Shown here piece after piece: positions 23,633 to 32,176 of a stretch of DNA of 36,437 nucleotides (the first letter of the stretch is position 1; the number at the start of each line of letters is the position of its first letter). Below the pieces are notes generated by a model, which saw only the letters and a program-made list of their open reading frames with translations, searched no databases and was not told the DNA's origin. The position numbers and the translations under genes were made by a program. Source of the stretch: Candidatus Woesearchaeota archaeon (lineage in GTDB: Archaea > Nanobdellota > Nanobdellia > Pacearchaeales > GW2011-AR1); contig CAYWWB010000005.1 in NCBI GenBank assembly GCA_964462045.1, positions 1 to 36,437 on the forward strand, given 5' to 3'.

Positions 23633-24286
23633 ATGGAAGTTTTAATTTTTTTACAAGAAGTTTTTAAATTCATGTGGAAGATTTTGATTACTCCTTGGTT
23701 AAGTTCTGATGGTTTGTGGGCTATTTTGCCCTTAGTTTTAATTTTGATTTTTATTAATTTCTATTTTGGAAGAAATCGTGCAGAAGAACTTGGATGGAAT
23801 TCTGCTTTTGGAAATACAATTTCTTTGTTATGGGTTTGTGTTATACTTTGGAAATTTTTAATTACAAACCACACATCAGTTGAAATTTTTAGTCATCCTC
23901 TTGTAAGAGATTTTATTTTACTTAGTATTCTTAGTCTATGGGTAATATTACTCTCTGTTTTTAATTTCTTTCATGTCTTACCAAGAAAATTTGCATTTAT
24001 TATTTCCTCGTCATATTCTCTTTATATCTTAGGATATATTGTAATCTCATTTGTTATTGGAGGGGTTGTTATAACAAAAACATCTCTTTTAGGAGCAATA
24101 ATCTTATTTTTTCTAATGTTTCTTTTATTGCAATTCATAAAATGGATGGTTCCAATAGATCCCACTGATAAACCTGTACTTGAAAAAAGAAAGAAAAAAA
24201 AGAACAGAAAAAAGGGAGCAAAAAAAGCTGCTAAAACTAGGAAAAGAAAAAATATTTTTAGAAAGATTTTTGGGAAAAAGGAATAA
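23633..24286 (+). CDS. Hypothetical polytopic membrane protein with poly-Lys/Arg C-terminal tail
   Basis: About 5 hydrophobic segments. GAGGTGA lies before the ATG at 23633; the track uses GTG at 23627. No family recognised. Confidence 0.6.
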   Translation: MEVLIFLQEVFKFMWKILITPWLSSDGLWAILPLVLILIFINFYFGRNRAEELGWNSAFGNTISLLWVCVILWKFLITNHTSVEIFSHPLVRDFILLSILSLWVILLSVFNFFHVLPRKFAFIISSSYSLYILGYIVISFVIGGVVITKTSLLGAIILFFLMFLLLQFIKWMVPIDPTDKPVLEKRKKKKNRKKGAKKAAKTRKRKNIFRKIFGKKE

Positions 24287-24291
24287 CTTTT

Positions 24292-25149
24292 TTATTTTTT
24301 ATTTTTTTTATGTTTGTGTTTTTTAACAAACCACCTTATAATTAAAAATAAAACAACTACTCCTAGTAAATAAACCCACCAAGAAATTTCTTTTCCATTT
24401 TCTTGAGTTTTTTCAAAATATTTTGGATTAAATTCGATTGTTTTATTCAAACTTCTTCTTTCATTTATCTCGTCAGTGTAATTTATGTGTAAAGTAATAT
24501 CTCCTTCAAAAGCTTCAGCAGTATAAGTAAACTCTGTTTCTTCATTGTTATCTAAAGAACCAACAATTTCTTTAGGAGACTGATGTAAAATAAAATTTTC
24601 TTGTTCAGGAATTTCAATTGTTAGTGCCTCAATATCATATTCTCCTGTATTTAATATTTCAAAAGTAATTTCATGATTTGATTGGGAAAATTCTTTAACA
24701 TGAATTTCAAAATCTACTTTCACGTCTTCTATTTTTATGTCAAACTTTTTTGAAAGAGAAAAATCTTTGAATGAACTTCCTTGACTAAATCTTGCTTCAA
24801 TTTGATTAAACCCATCTATTGCATTTTTATCAACTCTCAATTTATATGGAATCATCCAGGTTTTTTTATAATCATTTACATAAGTAGAACCAGGTAAAAT
24901 TTCTAAAGCACTTTCTCCTTTATCTAATGAAAAAGGATACTGAGGAATTAATTCAAAAACAGCTCCATTGCAATTAGAATTTTGCAATCCACTTAATTGA
25001 AAAACAACTTCAACATATTCTCCTGGAACAGCAGGATAAGGGTCTTGATTTACTAGAGAAGCATTTAAATCACAGGTAGTAGTTCCTGCAGAAACTAAAC
25101 TCATAAAAAACAAACTTGCTAAAACAAAAATAAAAAAATTTTTACTCAT
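24292..25149 (-). CDS. Secreted, C-terminally anchored surface protein (CARDB / COG1361 S-layer-domain-like, tentative)
   Basis: 285 aa. Signal peptide MSKNFFIFVLASLFFMSLVSA, a beta-rich body, a C-terminal TM segment (WWVYLLGVVVLFLII) and a basic tail. It is divergently adjacent to a MacB-type ABC transporter, a pairing common in archaea. Confidence 0.5.
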   Translation of the reverse strand: MSKNFFIFVLASLFFMSLVSAGTTTCDLNASLVNQDPYPAVPGEYVEVVFQLSGLQNSNCNGAVFELIPQYPFSLDKGESALEILPGSTYVNDYKKTWMIPYKLRVDKNAIDGFNQIEARFSQGSSFKDFSLSKKFDIKIEDVKVDFEIHVKEFSQSNHEITFEILNTGEYDIEALTIEIPEQENFILHQSPKEIVGSLDNNEETEFTYTAEAFEGDITLHINYTDEINERRSLNKTIEFNPKYFEKTQENGKEISWWVYLLGVVVLFLIIRWFVKKHKHKKNKK

Positions 25150-25217
25150 CCTCTTTTAGTTAAATTTATAACTTTAATTATTTTAAATAAATAAAAGAGG
25201 TTTTTAAAGTTTATTAA

Positions 25218-25907
25218 ATGGAAAAAGAAATCATAAAACTCAAATCTGTGCATAAACATTATCGTATGGGAAATAATATTGTTAAAGCTGTTGATGGGAT
25301 AAATATTACAATTGAAAAAGGAAAATTTGTTTCAGTTATGGGTCCTTCTGGAAGTGGAAAAAGTACAACAATGAATTTGATTGGAAGTTTAGATATTCCC
25401 ACTAAAGGTAAAATTTATCTTGATGGAAAAGATATTTCTGAATTAAGTGAATCTCAATTAGCACAAATAAGGGGAAAGAAAATAGGATTTATTTTTCAAC
25501 AATTTAATTTAATTCCTAATTTAACTGCAAAAGAAAATATAATGCTTCCCATGGTATTTCAAGATAAAGAATATTCTCAAAGAAACAAAAGAGCAAAAGA
25601 ATTGCTAAAATTAGTTGAATTAGAAGATAGAGGAAATCACCTTCCCCAAGAACTTTCAGGAGGACAACAACAAAGAGTCGCTATAGCCAGAAGTCTTGCA
25701 AATGATCCTGAAGTTATTTTAGCAGATGAACCAACCGGAAATTTAGATACAAAAACAGGTGAAATTGTTCTGGATTTTTTGAAAAAATTAAAGAAAAAAG
25801 GTAAAACAATAATAATGGTTACACATGATGCAAATCTTGCTGAAGAATATTCTGATGTGGTTCATTATCTTATTGATGGAAAAATCAAAAAAACAAATGG
25901 AAAATGA
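25218..25907 (+). CDS. ABC transporter ATP-binding protein (MacB/LolD-type, COG1136)
   Basis: 229 aa. Walker A GPSGSGKST, signature LSGGQQQRVAIARSL, Walker B ILADEPT. Confidence 0.92.
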   Translation: MEKEIIKLKSVHKHYRMGNNIVKAVDGINITIEKGKFVSVMGPSGSGKSTTMNLIGSLDIPTKGKIYLDGKDISELSESQLAQIRGKKIGFIFQQFNLIPNLTAKENIMLPMVFQDKEYSQRNKRAKELLKLVELEDRGNHLPQELSGGQQQRVAIARSLANDPEVILADEPTGNLDTKTGEIVLDFLKKLKKKGKTIIMVTHDANLAEEYSDVVHYLIDGKIKKTNGK

Positions 25908-25913
25908 TTCAAG

Positions 25914-27122
25914 ATGGTAAATTATCTTTTAATAGCTACAAAAAATTTGAAAAAAAGAGGTATTAGAAGTTGGCTAACCCTATTAGGAATTTTTATTGGA
26001 ATTATGGCTGTTGTTTCTTTAATAACTCTTGGAAGTGGGTTAAAGGCAGCTGTTAGTTCTCAATTTGGAGTTAGTTCTACTCAATTAATTTCTGTTCAGG
26101 CAGGAGGTTTATCTTATGGCCCTCCCGGAACCGGAATAACAAATCCTTTAACAGAAGAAGATGTAGAAGCGATTGAAAAAATAAATGAAGTGGAATTAGC
26201 AATACCAAGAAATATTGAAACTTTGAAAGTAAGTTACAATGATAAAACAAATTATATTACAGCTACTTCTATTCCTGTTGAAAATAGAAAAGAATTCTAT
26301 GAAATTTTAGATATAGAAATAGAAAAAGGAAAGTTTTTAGAAAAAGAAGAACAAGGGGAAGTTCTTTTGGGATATAGTTATTCTAAAAAAGATAATGAAT
26401 TTCAAAAACCTTTTGAAATTGGAAAAGATATAGAAATAAATGAAAAAAATTTTGAAATTAAAGGGATTTTGAAGAAGAAAGGAAGCTTTATTTTTGACAA
26501 TGCTTTTTTTCTGGATTATGATGATTTAAATGATTTAATAGGGAATGGGGAGGATGTTGATATTATTTCAGTTAAAGTTAAAGATAAAGAATTAATTGAT
26601 AAAGCAAAAAAAGAAATTGAAGATTTGTTGAGAGATAGAAGAGATGTGGATAAAGGGGAAGAAGATTTTGAAGTAAACACCCCTGAAGCGAGTTTAGAAC
26701 AAATAAATAGAATACTTAATGGAATTCAAGCTTTTATTGTAATTGTTGCATTAATATCTATTATTGTGGGGGCTATTGGAATTATTAATACTATGACTAC
26801 TTCTGTTTTAGAAAGGACAAGAGAGATTGGAATTATGAAAGCTATTGGTGCCAGAAATAATCATATTTTTAATCAATTTTTATTGGAATCTGGATTGCTT
26901 GGATTAATTGGAGGGGTATTTGGTACTCTTTTTGGAATCTTAATTGGTTTTGCAGGAATATCTGGAATAAACAATTTTATAGGATCAGAAGTTCAAATGA
27001 ATTTTAATTTAATCTTAATTTTTTCCTCACTTGCAGGAAGTTTCTTAATTGGGGCTATATCCGGAATTGTTCCAGCAAATAAAGCAGCTAAAAAAAATCC
27101 AGTGGAGGCATTGAGGGGATAA
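25914..27122 (+). CDS. ABC transporter permease, FtsX/MacB-type with large extracytoplasmic domain
   Basis: 402 aa. An N-terminal TM, a ~230-aa external domain and a C-terminal FtsX-like 3-TM bundle (REIGIMKAIGARN). Confidence 0.88.
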   Translation: MVNYLLIATKNLKKRGIRSWLTLLGIFIGIMAVVSLITLGSGLKAAVSSQFGVSSTQLISVQAGGLSYGPPGTGITNPLTEEDVEAIEKINEVELAIPRNIETLKVSYNDKTNYITATSIPVENRKEFYEILDIEIEKGKFLEKEEQGEVLLGYSYSKKDNEFQKPFEIGKDIEINEKNFEIKGILKKKGSFIFDNAFFLDYDDLNDLIGNGEDVDIISVKVKDKELIDKAKKEIEDLLRDRRDVDKGEEDFEVNTPEASLEQINRILNGIQAFIVIVALISIIVGAIGIINTMTTSVLERTREIGIMKAIGARNNHIFNQFLLESGLLGLIGGVFGTLFGILIGFAGISGINNFIGSEVQMNFNLILIFSSLAGSFLIGAISGIVPANKAAKKNPVEALRG

Positions 27123-28328
27123 ATGGCATCTAGAGATTTATATAAATACCCTTTGAAAAATTTAAAAGAAAGAAAGTCGAGAAGTTTATTGACAATAGTT
27201 TCAATTTTATTTGGGATAACAACAATTTTTATTTTTGTAAGTTTTGGGCAAGGGCTTTATGATTATATTGATGAGATGACTTCAAGTTCTACTGCAAATA
27301 AAATAATAATTCAAGCCAAAGGTATGGGGGCTCCTGGAACAAGTGATTTTAAATTATCTGAAGATGATGTAGAAGTTATAGATAAAACTACTGGAGTTTA
27401 TGAAGCAACAGGAGTTTACATGAAACCCGCAGAAATAAGGCAAAATGGAAATTTAAGATATGTCTATCTCACAGGGTATAATCCTAACAAACCATTAATA
27501 AAAGAATTATTTAATGTTGAAATAATAAAAGGAAGAGATTTGCAAAAAGGTGATAAGGGTAAAGTTGTTCTAGGTTATAATTATCTTATAGAAGATAAAA
27601 TATTTGAAAACTCTTATGAAATAAATGATAGAGTAGAAATTCAAGGGGAAAAATTAAAAGTTTTAGGATTTTATGATTCTATTGGAAATCCTCAAGATGA
27701 TTCAAATATTTATGTTACAGAAAAGACTCTTGAAAAATTATATTCAAATGAAAACATCTCCTATGCTTGGATAATTGCAAAAGTAGATATGAATAATTTA
27801 GAACAAATTATTGAAAAAGTTAAGGATAATTTAAGAGATGAAAGAAATCTTGAAGAGGGAGAAGAAGATTTTTTTATTCAATCTTATCAAGATATGATTG
27901 AAAGTTATACTCAAGCTTTAGACATTGTTATTATTTTTGTGATTTTAATTGCATTAATATCGATTGTTGTTTCAGCAATAAATACTGCAAACACAATGAT
28001 AACTTCAATATTAGAAAGATTTAAGGAAATAGGAATTATGAAAGCTATTGGTGCTAAAAATAGTTCAATCTTTAAAATTTTCTTGTTTGAATCAAGTGTT
28101 TTAGGACTTATTGCTGGAAGTTTGGGGGTTGGTTTAGGTTTTGTGTTAACTCTTCTTGCTAAAACAATTCTTAATTCATTAGGCTGGGGATTTTTGTCTC
28201 CACACTACTCTCCTGCATTATTTTTAGGTTGTATTGGATTTGCTGTTATTACTGGAGCTATATCAGGGGTTCTTCCTGCAAGAAAAGCCTCAAAAATAAA
28301 TCCTGTTGATGCTTTAAGATATGAATAA
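27123..28328 (+). CDS. ABC transporter permease, FtsX/MacB-type (paralogue of the preceding gene)
   Basis: 401 aa. Same architecture as the preceding gene (KEIGIMKAIGAKN). Starts immediately after the previous stop. Confidence 0.88.
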   Translation: MASRDLYKYPLKNLKERKSRSLLTIVSILFGITTIFIFVSFGQGLYDYIDEMTSSSTANKIIIQAKGMGAPGTSDFKLSEDDVEVIDKTTGVYEATGVYMKPAEIRQNGNLRYVYLTGYNPNKPLIKELFNVEIIKGRDLQKGDKGKVVLGYNYLIEDKIFENSYEINDRVEIQGEKLKVLGFYDSIGNPQDDSNIYVTEKTLEKLYSNENISYAWIIAKVDMNNLEQIIEKVKDNLRDERNLEEGEEDFFIQSYQDMIESYTQALDIVIIFVILIALISIVVSAINTANTMITSILERFKEIGIMKAIGAKNSSIFKIFLFESSVLGLIAGSLGVGLGFVLTLLAKTILNSLGWGFLSPHYSPALFLGCIGFAVITGAISGVLPARKASKINPVDALRYE

Positions 28329-28366
28329 CTAAAAACCTTTAAAAATATAACAAATTCCTTAATATA

Positions 28367-29812
28367 ATGGGTTTAAAAGATATATTTACATTAATACCTG
28401 AAGTAAGAGGACCTGAAAAGAAAAAAGTTAGTTTTAATGTTAAATTAAAATGGACAATAATAATTTTAGTAGCATTCTTTGTATTAGCAAATATTCCTTT
28501 ATTTGGATTATCCCATAATGCTTTAGAGAGATTTAAATATATTGCAATGATTTTAGGTACTGATTTTGGAAGTATTATTTCTCTAGGAATTGGTCCAATA
28601 GTAATGGCTTCTATTATTTTGCAGTTATTAGTAGGTTCTGAAATTCTTTCAATTGATACATCAACAACAGAAGGTAAAAAGTTTTTTCAGGGATTGCAAA
28701 AAATAGTTACTCTATTTTTCATAGTTTTTACTGCTTTAGCTTATGTTTTAACTGGAGCACTACAACCTATTCAAGGGTATGCTTGGATAATTTTAATTCA
28801 ATTAATTTTAGGAGGTTTAGCAATTTTTTATATGAATGAGGTTTGTGAGAAATGGGGATTTGGTTCAGGTATTAGTTTATTTATTGGTGCTGGTGTTTCG
28901 TGGAGATTATTTACTCAAGCATTCCAGTTTGTAAATCAGCAAGGACAAAATTGTTTATTTAATTTTAAAGAAACAGCATGTTCTGGTAAGGTTTGGGTTT
29001 TGATTCAATCCCTAATTAATAAATATCCTACTGAATTTTTATCAGCTGCTGCTGCAATTCTTGTAACAGTTGGTATATTTTTACTTGTTGTTTGGTTGCA
29101 ATCAATGAAAGTTGAAATTCCTTTATCTTATGGAAGGATTAGAGGTTATGGTGTTAAATGGCCTTTGCCTTTCTTTTATGCATCAGTAATTCCAGTTATT
29201 TTTGCTGCTGCTTTAGTTGCTAATTTACAATTATTTGGGGGTTTGGTTGAAAATGCTGCTGCACCTTGTTTAGAAAATGCTGGAGCTGCTGCTTGTTCAG
29301 GAATGGCTAAATTTGCTTCTCATTTTACTTGGTTGGGAACTTTTTCACAAGGGCAAGCAGTTTCTGGTTTAGCTTTTTGGGTAGGACAAACAAATATAAT
29401 GGAATTATTAATTAGAGGAGGATTTATGCCCAAATATATTTTACAAGCTATAGGACATATAGTTTTCTTTACTATATTCTGTGTTTTATTCTCCATATTT
29501 TGGGTAAAAACTTCTGGAATGGATGAAAAAGGACAAGCTAAAAAAATTTCAAATTCAGGATTACAAATTGCAGGATTTAGACAAGATAATAGAATTTTAG
29601 AAAGCATATTAAAAAGATATATCCGTCCTCTAACGGTGATGGGGGGAGCTGCAATTGGTATTTTAGCTGCATTTACTGACTTACTTGGAGCTTTAGTTTC
29701 AGGTACTGCAATGTTATTAGTGATTATGATTTTTTACCAATTCTATCAAAATATTGCTCAACAACATATGACTGACATGAATCCTGGAATGAGGAAGTTT
29801 ATGGGGCAATAA
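28367..29812 (+). CDS. secY: Preprotein translocase subunit SecY
   Basis: 481 aa, 10-TM protein. Archaeal SecY N-terminus LIPEVRGPEKKKVSFNVKLKWT. Confidence 0.95.
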   Translation: MGLKDIFTLIPEVRGPEKKKVSFNVKLKWTIIILVAFFVLANIPLFGLSHNALERFKYIAMILGTDFGSIISLGIGPIVMASIILQLLVGSEILSIDTSTTEGKKFFQGLQKIVTLFFIVFTALAYVLTGALQPIQGYAWIILIQLILGGLAIFYMNEVCEKWGFGSGISLFIGAGVSWRLFTQAFQFVNQQGQNCLFNFKETACSGKVWVLIQSLINKYPTEFLSAAAAILVTVGIFLLVVWLQSMKVEIPLSYGRIRGYGVKWPLPFFYASVIPVIFAAALVANLQLFGGLVENAAAPCLENAGAAACSGMAKFASHFTWLGTFSQGQAVSGLAFWVGQTNIMELLIRGGFMPKYILQAIGHIVFFTIFCVLFSIFWVKTSGMDEKGQAKKISNSGLQIAGFRQDNRILESILKRYIRPLTVMGGAAIGILAAFTDLLGALVSGTAMLLVIMIFYQFYQNIAQQHMTDMNPGMRKFMGQ

Positions 29813-29851
29813 AATTATAAAATAAATCAAAAACAAAAAATGACACAAGAA

Positions 29852-29872
29852 TAATCTTTTCAAAAAAGATTA
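29852..29872. repeat. Hairpin element copy B (taatctttt-caa-aaaagatta) in the secY|DUF106 spacer
   Basis: 9-bp stem with a 3-nt loop, followed by gacaaaa. The same element occurs at 26-46. Confidence 0.8.
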
Positions 29873-29886
29873 GACAAAACCAAAAA

Positions 29887-30657
29887 ATGACACAAGAAGA
29901 TAAAGAAAAAGAAGTGAATGTTCCTGTGAAATATAATCCTGAAACTGGAAAGTATGAAGCAGATTCAGAAGAACTGAATAAGAAGATTGAAAAGATGAAT
30001 GAAAATAGCGAAGAGAAAAAGGAAAATTCAGAAGATAAAAAAACTGAAGAAAGTTCAGAAGAAGAACCTGAAAAAGAAAAACTTCAAGATAATAAACCAA
30101 AAAAAGAAAAGAAAAAAAGCGAGGGAAGTTTTGCGCCTATGATTTTTGTTATGTTAATTTCCCTAGTTATTGCAGGGTTGTGGGAAAGAGTTCCTGCAAT
30201 AGGAAATACTATTCATGCTGGTTTAGATCCTGTATTTGGAAATTTATTAGATTGGCATCTTGAAATTGGTATGTTGCTTATTGTGATTTTAATTTCTGTT
30301 TTAACAACAGTAGTTCAAAAATATACAACAGATCAAGAATCTCTTAAAGAAATAAAAAAAGAGCAAAAAGAAATACAAAAAGAAATGAAAGAGTGTAGAA
30401 AAAATGGAAATCAAAAAAGAATGATGGAACTTAATAAAAAACAAATGAAACTTGCTCCAAAGCAAATGAAATTAAGTATGAAATCTGTTGCTTATACAGG
30501 TGTTCCTTTTATTTTATTAATAAGATGGTTTCAGGATTATTTTGCAAATGCAGACGGAGAAAAAAAGTTATTTGGATTTATGGGATGGTTTATATTTTAT
30601 CTTTTAGGAGCAATAATAATTGGTTCTATACTTAGAAAAAAAATGGATGTTGCATAA
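29887..30657 (+). CDS. DUF106 / EMC3-TMCO1-like (archaeal YidC/Oxa1-like) membrane insertase with ~85-aa acidic N-terminal extension
   Basis: 256 aa. TM1, then a charged coiled coil (KEIKKEQKEIQKEMKE...MMELNKKQMKLAPKQMKL), then TM2-3. This is typical of the family usually found near secY in archaea. Confidence 0.8.
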   Translation: MTQEDKEKEVNVPVKYNPETGKYEADSEELNKKIEKMNENSEEKKENSEDKKTEESSEEEPEKEKLQDNKPKKEKKKSEGSFAPMIFVMLISLVIAGLWERVPAIGNTIHAGLDPVFGNLLDWHLEIGMLLIVILISVLTTVVQKYTTDQESLKEIKKEQKEIQKEMKECRKNGNQKRMMELNKKQMKLAPKQMKLSMKSVAYTGVPFILLIRWFQDYFANADGEKKLFGFMGWFIFYLLGAIIIGSILRKKMDVA

Positions 30658-30691
30658 TAAAACTTAAAAACCTCTTTCTTTTATCAATTTT

Positions 30692-31132
30692 ATGACAAAT
30701 TCACAACAAGAACTTAATCAAAAATTTCAAGTATTTGAACAGCAAATTAAAGGATTGAAACAACAACTTCAAGCAATTGAGCAAGCAATTTCAGAATTAA
30801 CAAATTTAGATGGAGGGTTGGATGACTTAGTCGGTAAAGAGGGAAACGAAATCATGGCGCCTGTTGGAAGAGGAATTTATGCAAAAGCAAAATTACTTTC
30901 AGAAGAATTAACTGTAGATATTGGAAACAAAAATCTTGTTAAAAAATCAATTCCAGACACAAAAAAGATACTTCAAGAACAATTAAAAAAACTTGAAGAT
31001 GTTAAAAAAGAACTTGAGAAGAACATGGAAAATCTTAATCAGGAATTAACTAATACTTTTATGGAATACCAAAAACAAGCCCAAGGGCAAGCTCAAAAAG
31101 GAGAACAAGAAAAAGAAGATAAAAAAGAATAA
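30692..31132 (+). CDS. pfdA: Prefoldin alpha subunit
   Basis: 146 aa. N- and C-terminal coiled coils flank a double beta-hairpin region (IMAPVGRGIYAKAKL...LTVDIGNKNLVKKS). Confidence 0.85.
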   Translation: MTNSQQELNQKFQVFEQQIKGLKQQLQAIEQAISELTNLDGGLDDLVGKEGNEIMAPVGRGIYAKAKLLSEELTVDIGNKNLVKKSIPDTKKILQEQLKKLEDVKKELEKNMENLNQELTNTFMEYQKQAQGQAQKGEQEKEDKKE

Positions 31133-31136
31133 ATTC

Positions 31137-31262
31137 CTACCATTTTTCCATTTCTTCAAATAAATTTTCAGAATCAACACTTATATATTCTCCCTTTTCA
31201 ATTCTGTTATGAGCTTCTTCTGTTCTTTTTGCAAATTCTAAATCTTCTTCAACTTCACTCAT
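31137..31262 (-). CDS. Small acidic ORF (41 aa, MSEVEEDLEFAKRTEEAHNRIEKGEYISVDSENLFEEMEKW)
   Basis: Not in the track because it is under 60 aa. Its ATG overlaps the TGA stop of the upstream isomerase gene (ATGA). It fills the whole gap to the convergent prefoldin gene. Confidence 0.45.
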   Translation of the reverse strand: MSEVEEDLEFAKRTEEAHNRIEKGEYISVDSENLFEEMEKW

Positions 31263-32125
31263 TTTTTCTTAGATTTTTTACTTTTAATACATTTAACTTG
31301 TTCTTTGTTTTGTTTTTTCCTTTCTTTAACAAATTCTGAAGGTTTTAGATTCCCTAATTCTGAAATTATTCCAGTTATGTATTTTTTTGGAACAAATTCA
31401 AAAGCAGGATTTTTTATTTTTACTTTTTTAGGGGCTTTGTCCCAGACTTCATTTAATTCTCTTTGTTCTATTGGAATTTCTTTTTTTGAATATTTCCATG
31501 AATCAGCTATTACATAAAAAGGAATTTTTTCTTGTTTAGCAATTCTTGCAATTACTTCACTTCCTACTTTATTTATTACTCCCTTGTCAAGTAAAGCGTC
31601 TGCTCCAATAAAAACCTTGTTTACTTTTTTTGTTCCCATTTCTTTTGTTAAGGCTATGCCCATTGCAGAATCAATAAACATTGTAACTTTTATTCCTGCT
31701 TTTCTTAATTCTTTAGCTGTTTTTCTTCCTTGAAATAAGGGACGAGTTTCTGTATTATAGACTTGAAACTTTTTTCCTTGTTTTTTTGCATGAATCAATC
31801 CTCCAGAAACATTTGTAGAATGGCAATGAGTAAAAATAACATCTCCTTTTTTTATTAGTTTTTTAACTTCCTTGTTTATTTTTTCTTGAGCTGAATCAAA
31901 ATGATTTAAAATTTCTTGTTTAGAATATTTTTCAGAAGAAGCCATATCAAGAACATGATGCATCATTGGTTCTGTTGGACGTAAAGAAAGAAGTTTTTGT
32001 TTTGATTTTTTTGTAGGAAACATATAATATGCTTTTAAAGCAGATTTAGCAACATTTCTTGCTCCCTGAATTTCAATGTTTTTAATTTTTTTACAAATTT
32101 CATTAAACCTCTTTTTCTTATCCAT
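31259..32125 (-). CDS. e2b2: Ribose-1,5-bisphosphate isomerase (eIF-2B alpha/beta/delta-like family, e2b2 type)
   Basis: 288 aa. IEIQGARNVAKSALKA N-terminal helix, FTHCHS and IGADAL motifs of the eIF2B-like isomerase family. MtnA-like or aIF-2B functions cannot be excluded from sequence alone. Confidence 0.7.
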   Translation of the reverse strand: MDKKKRFNEICKKIKNIEIQGARNVAKSALKAYYMFPTKKSKQKLLSLRPTEPMMHHVLDMASSEKYSKQEILNHFDSAQEKINKEVKKLIKKGDVIFTHCHSTNVSGGLIHAKKQGKKFQVYNTETRPLFQGRKTAKELRKAGIKVTMFIDSAMGIALTKEMGTKKVNKVFIGADALLDKGVINKVGSEVIARIAKQEKIPFYVIADSWKYSKKEIPIEQRELNEVWDKAPKKVKIKNPAFEFVPKKYITGIISELGNLKPSEFVKERKKQNKEQVKCIKSKKSKKK

Positions 32126-32176
32126 GTTAGTTTTAATTTAAGAAACTTTAAAAATCCTATTATCGTCAAAAGAAAT

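Noticed and set aside
25150-25200. 9-bp inverted repeat in the divergent spacer as a definite operator
   Set aside because: Each arm contains an AAAAGAGG purine tract facing its own gene, so it may be no more than two mirrored Shine-Dalgarno-like sequences. It is mentioned as low priority within the ABC-module finding.
21177-28366. Calling the uL15-secY insert a mobile element or genomic island
   Set aside because: No integrase, transposase, terminal inverted or direct repeats, or flanking tRNA are visible. Only the synteny break supports the idea, so it is reported as an insertion of unknown origin rather than annotated as a mobile element.
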